DNA of 64,000 bases from Bugula neritina (lineage: Eukaryota > Animalia > Bryozoa), in contig OZ037770.1 in the NCBI GenBank assembly GCA_964035545.1, forward strand, positions 15,738,642-15,802,641, in the 5' to 3' direction. The stretch's first letter is position 1, and the number at the start of each line of letters is the position of its first letter. Under the pieces are notes generated by a model that saw only the letters and a program-made list of their open reading frames with translations, made no database searches and was not told the origin of the DNA. This document shows, piece after piece, positions 1 to 12,000 of the stretch. Made by a program: the position numbers and the translations under genes.

Positions 1-3000
1 TGGCAAGAAGGTGCGGTAGATACACCATGTCAATTAGTCTAAGTAGTATTACTGTAGTATTACTATGTGATTCACTGCAGAATGTCTGTTGTAGAAAGGA
101 AAGCGTAAAGTTGAATCTGCAGACAATATGTCAATAGACTGGACTATGGAGAGATGTAAGTCAGTGAAGTGTTTGACTAAGTTGATGAGTTTACCTATAC
201 AGAGGTTGTGGGAGCCTCCAGTGGTCGACCAGAATCTCATCAAGTATGTTATATTACTATATGTTTATATTACTATATTTTTGTATTACTATATGTTTAT
301 ATTACTATATGATTATATTATCATATGTTTATATTACTATATGTTTATATTACTATATGATTATATTACTATATGTTTATATTATCATATGTTTATATTA
401 CTATATGTTTATATTATCATATGTTTATATTACTATATGTTTATATTACTATATGCTTATATTACTATATGTTTATATTATTATATGTTTATATTATTAT
501 ATGTTTATATTACTATATGTTTATATTACAGTTGCATTGGTAGTTGCTGCTTTAAGCTGCTACACAATCCAGTCACTGCTAAGTTGAAGGACACAAAGGA
601 AGAGATTTTCCATCTGATAGGAATTCTGGTGAAACGCCACAAATACAGCCTAAGTAAGTATATACACTGTGTAGAGTAAATATATACTGTGTAGAGTAAG
701 TATACACTGTGTAGAGTAAGTATATACTGTGTAGAGTAAGTATATACCGTGTAGAGTAAGTATATACCGTGTAGAGTAAGTGTATACTGTGTAGAGTAAG
801 TATATACCGTGTAGAGTAAGTATATACTGTGTAGAGTAAGTATATACTGTGTAGAGTAAGTATACACTGTGTAGAGTAAGTATATACTGTGTAGAGTAAG
901 TATACACTGTGTAGAGTAAGTATATACTGTGTAGAGTAAGTATATACTGTGTAGAGTAAGTATATACCGTGTAGAGTAAGTATACACTGTGTAGAGTAAG
1001 TATATACACTGTGTAGACTAAGTATATACTGTGTAGACTAAGTATATACCGTGTAGAGTAAGTATATACCGTGTAGAGTAAGTATATACCGTGTAGAGTA
1101 AGTATATACTGTGTAGAGTAAGTATATACTGTGTAGAGTAAGTATACACTGTGTAGAGTAAGTATATACTGTGTAGAGTAAGTATACACTGTGTAGAGTA
1201 AGTATATACTGTGTAGAGTAAGTATATACTGTGTAGAGTAAGTATATACCGTGTAGAGTAAGTATACACTGTGTAGAGTAAGTATATACACTGTGTAGAC
1301 TAAGTATATACTGTGTAGACTAAGTATATACCGTGTAGAGTAAGTATATACCGTGTAGAGTAAGTATATACCGTGTAGAGTAAGTATATACTGTGTAGAG
1401 TAAGTATATACCGTGTAGAGTAAGTATATACCGTGTAGAGTAAGTATATACTGTGTAGAGTAAGTATACACTGTGTAGAGTAAGTATATACACTGTGTAG
1501 ACTAAGTATATACTGTGTAGAGTAAGTATATACTGTGTAGAGTAAGTATACACTGTGTAGAGTAAGTATACACTGTGTAGAGTAAGTATATACACTGTGT
1601 AGAGTAAGTATATATGCTGTGTAGAGTAAGTATATACACTGTGTAGAGTAAGTATATATGCTGTGTAGAGTAAGTATATACCGTGTAGAGTAAGTATATA
1701 CCGTGTAGAGTAAGTATACACTGTGTAGAGTAAGTATATACTGTGTAGAGTAAGTATATACCGTGTAGAGTAAGTATACACTGTGTAGAGTAAGTATATA
1801 CTGTGTAGAGTAAGTATATACCGTGTAGAGTAAGTATACACTGTGTAGAGTAAGTATATACTGTGTAGAGTAAGTATATACTGTGTAGAGTAAGTATATA
1901 CTGTGTAGAGTAAGTATATACCGTGTAGAGTAAGTATACACTGTGTAGAGTAAGTATATACTGTGTAGAGTAAGTATATACTGTGTAGAGTAAGTATATA
2001 CTGTGTAGAGTAAGTATATACTGTGTAGAGTAAGTATATACTGTGTAGAGTAAGTATATACTATGTAGAGTAAGTATATACCGTGTAGAGTAAGTATATA
2101 CCGTGTAGAGTAAGTATATACCGTGTAGAGTAAGTATACACTGTGTAGACTAAGTATATATTTCTCAGGCGCAGCTGTACAAGCTCTAGAGTCGATGAAG
2201 TCCTTTGAACACATGGCGTCTACTATGGCTGAATGTCTCTCTGTTATCACTCGGGAATTCTCATTTCCTCGCACGGCTCAGGATCTCATCAGGTGGGTAG
2301 AGTTACTCCCCTGTCCGTATTCTCCCCCCTGTCTCTGCTCTGTATCCTCCCTCTCCCTTTGCTCTGTATCCACCACTGTCTCTGCTCTGTACCCACCCTG
2401 TCTCTGCTCTGTATCCTCCCCTGTCTCTGCTCTGTATCCCCCCTGTCTCTGCTCTGTATCCTCCCCTCTCTCTGCTCTGTATCCTCCCCTGTCTCTGCTC
2501 TGTATCCTCCCCTCTCTCTGCTCTGTATCCACCACTGTGCTGTATTCTGCAGGGAAATCAGCTCGCTGTCAGCCGACTACCTCCAGAAAGACTCTGTCGC
2601 TGCCAAGTCTTACTCCGTTTTCCTCACCGAAGTTGCTGACCTGATGCCGGACGTGCTGCTCCCTCTCATCTCCCTCCTTCTCCCCCTCCTCGAGTCCGAC
2701 CCTTTCTCCCTGCGTAACGCCATGCTGTCGGTTCTCGGCAAACTCATCACCAACGTGCTGACGGGGGACGAGCTGAACGCCAACCAGAAGAAGATGAGAG
2801 AAGAGTTCATTGACGCGCTGTGTGAGCACGTGCACGACTGTCACGGCTTCGTGCGCTCCAAGGTGCTGCAAGTCATCACCTCTCTGGTAGACTCACTTCC
2901 TGTGACCAGGTACAGCGAGGTTGGGCAACTCACTCTTGGCAGACTCAATGATCGGCTGCCCAACGTCAGGAAATACGCTCTGCAACTCCTCACCACCCTG

Positions 3001-6000
3001 ATATCCCACAATCCCTACGGCGCCACCGTGAGTATCTACGTCAGTGTGATCAGCTGATACAGTAATATATTATATAATCAGCTGATATAGTAATATATTA
3101 CTATATCAGCTGATATAGTAATATATTATATAATCAGCTGATATAGTAATATATTACTATATCAGCTGATATAGTAATATATTATATAATCAGCTGATAT
3201 AGTAATATATTACTATATCAGCTGATATAGTAATATATTATATAATCAGCTGATATAGTAATATATTATATAATCAGCTGATATAGTAACATATTATATA
3301 ATCAGCTGATATAGTAATATATTATATAATCAGCTGATATACTAATATATTATATAATCAGCTGATATAGTAATATATTATATAATCAGCTGATATAGTA
3401 ATATATTATATAATCAGCTGATATACTAATATATTATATAATCAGCTGATATAGTAATATATTATATAATCAGCTGATATAGTAATATATTATATAATCA
3501 GCTGATATACTAATATATTATATAATCAGCTGATATACTAATATATTATATAATCAGCTGATATACTAATATATTATATAATCAGCTGACAGACAAGGAA
3601 CTGGTTGAGACGCTGGAGAGCGAGACATCAAAGCTAACAGAACTTAAGTCTAGAGCTCAAAGGAGTCTGACAGCTGTGATATCTCCAGCCGAGATCTGGG
3701 AGGCCATGTTACCAGAAGTGAGTCGCTACTTCCTGTCGTATCTATATGCTCCTCAAACATCTTCCGCCACTTCCTCTCATCTTCCTTTCTGTCACTCAGC
3801 ACTTGGTTGTCTCATCACAAAGCTGTACATCTGCTGAATCCACCTAACAGAGTGATGTGAATATATTGTTATGTTCAAGTAATAATACTCGTTAGATATT
3901 CTTGTCCTACCTCATAGTTTCATGTCTTCCTACAACTTTATGATTGGTTTGTGTACAATACATGGGGTTCAGTTCATTTCCTGTTTCCTGGGAGACACTC
4001 ATCTCTGAGTTATGCTATTCTATTCCTGTTTGTATATCTCGTACAGACTGTGTCAGCTGTTGAGGAATGTCTGAAGGAGAACCCAGAGAAATTAGAAGAA
4101 GACTCCGTAGTATTGGAGAGTGATGCCACAGTAGACAGGTACTGAACTGTGACTAGTACTAAACTGTGACTAGTACTATACTGTTACTAGTACTATACTG
4201 TGACTATTACTACACTGTGACTAGTACTAAACTGTGACTAGTAGTATACTGTTACTAGTACTAAACTGTTACTAGTACTATACTGTCACTAGTACTAAAC
4301 TGCTACTAGTACTATACTGTTACTAGTAGTACACTGTGACTAGTACTATACTGTGACTAGTACTATACTGTCACTAGTACTAAACTGCTACTAGTACTAT
4401 ACTGTTACTAGTAGTACACTGTGACTAGTACTATACTGTGACTAGTACTACACTGTTACTAGTACTACACTGTTACTAGTACTGTACTGTGACTAGTAGT
4501 ATACTGTTACTAGTACTGATACTAGAATGACATATGCTGTAGCATGAAGGAAAACATCAACAAACTTCTCACTGACTGCAGACAGTCTAAAGCTGTTCAG
4601 CTGCTACTACAGTCTCAACAAGTCTTTGCTGGCTCAGAGCTGGAGTTGTCTCCCTCTGAAGAGGATCATATGAAAGAGGAGGATAACTCCAAACTAGAAG
4701 ACAACTCCCAGTTGATTCTAGACAAGCTAAAAGCCATCTTCCTCTCCCAGTCGGTTCCGGAGAGTTCGGCCGAAGAGCAGGCAAGTCAGGATGGCGACGA
4801 GCTGAAAGAGTTGATGAGGAAACAGGAAGTTGTTGTCAACTATCTCAAGGTGAGTCACACTTACTCTCAGAGTGAGTCACACTTACTCTCAGAGTGAGTC
4901 ACACTTACTCTCAGAGTGAGTCACACTTACTCTCAAGGTCAGTCACATGATAAGATGGCTGCTGTACCGGTTGGTTTGGCTCGTATGTTCTAGGAGACGT
5001 ACAAGTTCTGTGACCTCATAAAGTCAGCGATGCCGACTGTCTGTATTCTCCTCTGCTCTAAGCACTCCTCAGACGTAGTCGAGTCCATCAAGTTCGTTGT
5101 GATGTGTGAGTATCTTGTATCACATAACGTCTGCTTGTATAACACAACGTCTGCTTGTATAGCATAACGTCTGCTTGTATAGCGTAACGTCTGCTTGTAT
5201 CACATAACGTCTGCTTGTATAACACAACGTCTGCTTGTATAGCATAACGTCTGCTTGTATAACACAACGTCTGCTTGTATCACATAACGTCTGCTTGTAT
5301 AGCGTAACGTCTGCTTGTATCACATAACGTCTGCTTGTATAACACAACGTCTGCTTGTATAGCATAACGTCTGCTTGTATAACACAACGTCTGCTTGTAT
5401 CACATAACGTCTGCTTGTATAGCGTAACGTCTGCTTGTATCACATAACGTCTGCTTGTATAACACAACGTCTGTTTGTATAGCGTAACGTCTGCTGGTAT
5501 AGCATAATGTCTGCTTCTATTCAGCCGTACAGTTTGGGGTCACGGACGCCATGAACGGTCTTGCCTCCATGTTGAAACTCATTTGGTCAGAAGACTCAAA
5601 CATCAAGTTAGCCGTTGTGGAAGCTTTCAAGACTCTCTACATCCTCTCAGACTCTGAGACGGGGGACGTCAAGAGGGCCCCGCAAGTAGTGGCCAGTCTC
5701 ATAGGCCTGACAAAAGCGTTTGGAGAGCTTTACGGACTACTGACCTCGTGGGAGGAGATGGTGGCAGAGTTTGTGAGGAGTGAGGCTATAGGGAGTCAGG
5801 TAAGGGCATGGTACAGATAGTACAGTAGTACAGGTAGATGGTATAGTACAGTAGTACAGTAGTACAGGTAGATGGTATAGTACAGTAGTACAGGTAGATG
5901 GTATAGTACAGTAGTACAGGTAGATGGTATAGTACAGTAGTACAGTAGTACAGGTAGATGGTATAGTACAGGTATGTATACTGAGGACCTCTCCATATCT

Positions 6001-9000
6001 TCTTTCAGGTCCTCCAACTTCTCTGGCAGTCTTTCACCAAGAAACTCGACTCCACTACTGAGTCCGACAGCAAGCTGAGTCTCCAGCTACTGGCCATGGC
6101 AGCGAAGGCCAGACCCGCCATCATCAGCAGTAACCTTGACATTCTTCTAGCCGATGGTCTCGGGGAGAGAGCTACTCGGGACTTCCTGTTGGCTCGTGAC
6201 GTCTGCTTTGCTCTCCTCACTTTACCGGTTAGTAAGTTGCGTGCCCTCATGATGTCATGTAATACTACCTCTACTCTACTGTGCCCTCATGATGTCATGT
6301 AATACTACCTCTACTCTACTGTGCCCTCATGATGTCATGTGATACTACCTCTCCTGCGCCCTCATGATGTCATGTAATACCACCTCTACTCTACTGTGCC
6401 CTCATGATGTCATGTAATACTACCTCTACTCTACTGTGCCCTCATGATGTCATGTGATACTATCTCTCCTGCGCCCTCATGATGTCATGTAATACTACCT
6501 CTCCTGTGCCCTCATGATGTCATGTACTGATACTCATGTTCCGTGCGGTTTTAGAGTAAAGCCACACTTCTACCAGCTGACCACAATATAGTTACTAGCT
6601 TGACCAGACTACTAACTGAAGGTGTGTATTACGTTAGATATATTATATTACATTAGATATAATATGCTAACACAGGTATAATATAATATACTAACACGGG
6701 TATAATATAATATACTAACACAGGTATAATATAATATACTAACACAGGTCCAATATAATATACTAACACAGGTATAATATAATATACTCACACAGGTATA
6801 CTAGACATGACTCAATCGGGTTGGATTCCTTTAATGGAACAGGCCGTCACCTTCATCTACCATCTCACAGATGTTCCAGATGAGACCGTGACTCATATAG
6901 TGAAGGAGACTTACTCCCTGGTTACTAGTAGACAGAGTATACTCCTCCTCACCAGGTATGTCTGTCTGTTACTAGTAGACAGAGTATACTCCCCCTCACC
7001 AGGTATGTCTGTCTGTCTGTTACTAGTAGACAGAGTATACTCCTCCTCACCAGGTATGTCTGTCTGTTACTAGTAGACAGAGTATACTCCTCCTCACCAT
7101 GTATGTCTGTCTGTCTGTTACTAGTAGACAGAGTATACTCCTCCTCACCAGGTATGTCTGTCTGTTACTAGTAGACAGAGTATACTCCTCCTCACCAGGT
7201 ATGTCTGTCTGTCTGTTACTAGTAGACAGAGTATACTCCTCCTCACCAGGTCTGTCTGTCTGTTACTAGTAGACAGAGTATACTCCTCCTCACCAGGTAT
7301 GTCTGTCTGTTACTAGTAGACAGAGTATACTCCTCCTCACCAGGTATGTCTGTCTGTCTGTTACTAGTAGACAGAGTATACTCCTCCTCACCAGGTATGT
7401 CTGTCTGTTACTAGTAGACAGAGTATACTCCTCCTCACCAGGTCTGTCTGTCTGTTACTAGTAGACAGAGTATACTCCTCCTCACCAGGTATGTCTGTCT
7501 GTTACTAGTAGACAGAGTATACTCCTCCTCACCAGGTATGTCTGTCTGTCTGTTACTAGTAGACAGAGTATACTCCTCCTCACCAGGTATGTCTGTCTGT
7601 CTGTTACTAGTAGACAGAGTATACTCCTCCTCACCAGGTATGTCTGTCTGTTACTAGTAGACAGAGTATACTCCTCCTCACCAGGTATGTCTGTCTGTTA
7701 CTAGTAGACAGAGTATACTCCTCCTCACCAGGTATGTCTGTCTGTTACTAGTAGACAGAGTATACTCCTCCTCACCAGGTATGTCTGTCTGTCTGTTACT
7801 AGTAGACAGAGTATACTCCTCCTCACCAGGTATGTCTGTCTGTTACTAGTAGACAGAGTATACTCCTCCTCACCAGGTATGTCTGTCTGTTACTAGTAGA
7901 CAGAGTATACTCCTCCTCACCAGGTATGTCTGTCTGTTACTAGTAGACAGAGTATACTCCTCCTCACCAGGTATGTCTGTCTGTCTGTTACTAGTAGACA
8001 GAGTATACTCCTCCTCACCAGGTATGTCTGTCTGTTACTAGTAGACAGAGTATACTCCTCCTCACCAGGTATGTCTGTCTGTCTGTTACTAGTAGACAGA
8101 GTATACTCCTCCTCACCAGGTATGTCTGTCTGTCTGTTACTAGTAGACAGAGTATACTCCTCCTCACCAGGTATGTCTGTCTGTTACTAGTAGACAGAGT
8201 ATACTCCTCCTCACCAGGTATGTCTGTCTGTTACTAGTAGACAGAGTATACTCCTCCTCACCAGGTATGTCTGTCTGTTACTAGTAGACAGAGTATACTC
8301 CTCCTCACCAGGTATGTCTGTCTGTCTGTTACTAGTAGACAGAGTATACTCCTCCTCACCAGGTATGTCTGTCTGTCTGTTACTAGTAGACAGAGTATAC
8401 TCCTCCTCACCAGGTATGTCTGTCTGTCTGTTACTAGTAGACAGAGTATACTCCTCCTCACCAGGTATGTCTGTCTGTTACTAGTAGACAGAGTATACTC
8501 CTCCTCACCAGGTCTGTCTGTCTGTTACTAGTAGACAGAGTATACTCCTCCTCACCAGGTATGTCTGTCTGTTACTAGTAGACAGAGTATACTCCTCCTC
8601 ACCAGGTATGTCTGTCTGTCTGTTACTAGTAGACAGAGTATACTCCTCCTCACCAGGTATGTCTGTCTGTTACTAGTAGACAGAGTATACTCCTCCTCAC
8701 CAGGTATGTATGTCTGTCTGTTACTAGTAGACAGAGTATACTCCTCCTCACCAGGTATGTCTGTCTGTTACTAGTAGACAGAGTATACTCCTCCTCACCA
8801 GGTATGTCTGTCTGTTACTAGTAGACAGAGTATACTCCTCCTCACCAGGTATGTCTGTCTGTTACTAGTAGACAGAGTATACTCCTCCTCACCAGGTATG
8901 TCTGTCTGTCTGTTACTAGTAGACAGAGTATACTCCTCCTCACCAGGTATGTATGTCTGTCTGTTACTAGTAGACAGAGTATACTCCTCCTCACCAGGTA

Positions 9001-12000
9001 TGTCTGTCTGTTACTAGTAGACAGAGTATACTCCTCCTCACCAGGTATGTCTGTCTGTTACTAGTAGACAGAGTATACTCCTCCTCACCAGGTATGTCTG
9101 TCTGTTACTAGTAGACAGAGTATACTCCTCCTCACCAGGTATGTCTGTCTGTTACTAGTAGACAGAGTATACTCCTCCTCACCAGGTATGTCTGTCTGTT
9201 ACTAGTAGACAGAGTATACTCCTCCTCACCAGGTATGTATGTATGTCTGTTACTAGTAGACAGAGTATACTCCTCCTCACCAGGTATGTCTGTCTGTTAC
9301 TAGTAGACAGAGTATACTCCTCCTCACCAGGTATGTATGTCTGTTACTAGTAGACAGAGTATACTCCTCCTCACCAGGTATGTCTGTCTGTCTGTTACTA
9401 GTAGACAGAGTATACTCCTCCTCACCAGGTATGTCTGTCTGTTACTAGTAGACAGAGTATACTCCTCCTCACCAGGTATGTCTGTATGTCTGTTACTAGT
9501 AGACAGAGTATACTCCTCCTCACCAGGTATGTCTGTCTGTCTGTTACTAGTAGACAGAGTATACTCCTCCTCACCAGGTATGTCTGTCTGTTACTAGTAG
9601 ACAGAGTATACTCCTCCTCACCAGGTATGTCTGTCTGTCTGTTACTAGTAGACAGAGTATACTCCTCCTCACCAGGTATGTCTGTCTGTCTGTTACTAGT
9701 AGACAGAGTATACTCCTCCTCACCAGGTATGTCTGTCTGTCTGTTACTAGTAGACAGAGTATACTCCTCCTCACCAGGTATGTCTGTCTGTTACTAGTAG
9801 ACAGAGTATACTCCTCCTCACCAGGTCTGTCTGTCTGTTACTAGTAGACAGAGTATACTCCTCCTCACCAGGTCTGTCTGTCTGTTACTAGTAGACAGAG
9901 TATACTCCTCCTCACCAGGTATGTCTGTCTGTCTGTTACTAGTAGACAGAGTATACTCCTCCTCACCAGGTATGTCTGTCTGTTACTAGTAGACAGAGTA
10001 TACTCCTCCTCACCAGGTATGTCTGTCTGTCTGTTACTAGTAGACAGAGTATACTCCTCCTCACCAGGTATGTCTGTCTGTTACTAGTAGACAGAGTATA
10101 CTCCTCCTCACCAGGTATGTCTGTCTGTTACTAGTAGACAGAGTATACTCCTCCTCACCAGGTATGTCTGTCTGTCTGTTACTAGTAGACAGAGTATACT
10201 CCTCCTCACCAGGTATGTCTGTCTGTTACTAGTAGACAGAGTATACTCCTCCTCACCAGGTATGTCTGTCTGTTACTAGTAGACAGAGTATACTCCTCCT
10301 CACCAGGTATGTCTGTCTGTTACTAGTAGACAGAGTATACTCCTCCTCACCAGGTATGTCTGTCTGTTACTAGTAGACAGAGTATACTCCTCCTCACCAG
10401 GTATGTCTGTCTGTTACTAGTAGACAGAGTATACTCCTCCTCACCAGGTCTGTCTGTCTGTTACTAGTAGACAGAGTATACTCCTCCTCACCAGGTATGT
10501 CTGTCTGTTACTAGTAGACAGAGTATACTCCTCCTCACCAGGTATGTCTGTCTGTTACTAGTAGACAGAGTATACTCCTCCTCACCAGGTCTGTCTGTCT
10601 GTTACTAGTAGACAGAGTATACTCCTCCTCACCAGGTATGTCTGTCTGTTACTAGTAGACAGAGTATACTCCTCCTCACCAGGTATGTCTGTCTGTCTGT
10701 TACTAGTAGACAGAGTATACTCCTCCTCACCAGGTATGTCTGTCTGTTACTAGTAGACAGAGTATACTCCTCCTCACCAGGTATGTATGTCTGTTACTAG
10801 TAGACAGAGTATACTCCTCCTCACCAGGTATGTCTGTCTGTCTGTTACTAGTAGACAGAGTATATACGTCTGTTGACAGGTTCGTCTCTCTGATTGGTCA
10901 CGTGGCGCTACGACAGCTCACTTACCTGGAAGGTAGAGTTCTGGTGGAACTGAAAGCGCGCAGGAAGAGACAAAAGCAGAAGGTTTGCTATTCCATCTGT
11001 TTCTCTGTCAGCCATTTGCGTTTCCTCTCTTCCTGTCTGGTATCTGGTCACATTGCTCAACTGTTGCAGACTATTGAGACGACCACCGGCTCCTCCAGTG
11101 ACGAGCTCGGTCAGACCACCACAGACGACATTGAGACTGAGGTCATCATGAAGGTCATTGAGACGGAACTGCTCCAGGGTAATATTGCTCTGTGTAGTAA
11201 TATATATTACACTATATATTACTGTATGTATATTACAGAGTATATATATATATATTACAGAGTATATATATTACAGAGTATACATTACAGAGTATATATA
11301 TTACAGAGTATACATTACAGAGTATATATCTTACAGAGTATGTATGTTACAGAGTGTATATGTTACAGAGTATACATATTACAGAGTATATATTACAGAG
11401 TATATATATATTACAGAGTATATATATTACAGAGTATATATTACAGAGTATATATTACAGTGTATATGTTACAGAGTATATATTACAGTGTATATATTAC
11501 AGAGTGTATATTACAGAGTATATATTACAGAGTATATATTACAGAGTATATATTACAGAGTATATATATTACAGAGTGTATATATTACAGAGTATATATA
11601 TATTACAGAGTGTATATATTACAGAGTATATATATTACAGTGTATATATTACAGATTATATGTTACAGAATGCTCTCTCCTGGGCAGTTTCCTCCCTCTA
11701 CTCACCCACATCATTCAGGACAGACAGCGGTATGATGACAGAGGACTGCAGGCTGCTGCCACGCTGTCTCTCGGCAAGTTCATGCTGCTCAGTCCAGACG
11801 TCTGCCGACAGCATCTCCGTCTCTACTTCACCGTCCTGGAGAGGAGCAGCTACGTGGAGGTGAAGACCAACGCCATCGTCGCCCTCAGTGACATGGTGTT
11901 CAGACACCCTAACGAGCTGGAGCCCTGGACCCCCAACCTTTACGCCAGGTGCTCAGTCTACACTCACTCCTCAGTCTATCCTCACCTCTCCCTATGTTAT

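Noticed and set aside
526-2274. Long minus-strand ORFs (YTYSTQYILTLHS...)
   Set aside because: Translations of the 20-bp intronic repeat, antisense to NCAPD2.
6921-10863. CRISPR-like regular array
   Set aside because: No unique spacers, no cas genes, eukaryotic intron context.
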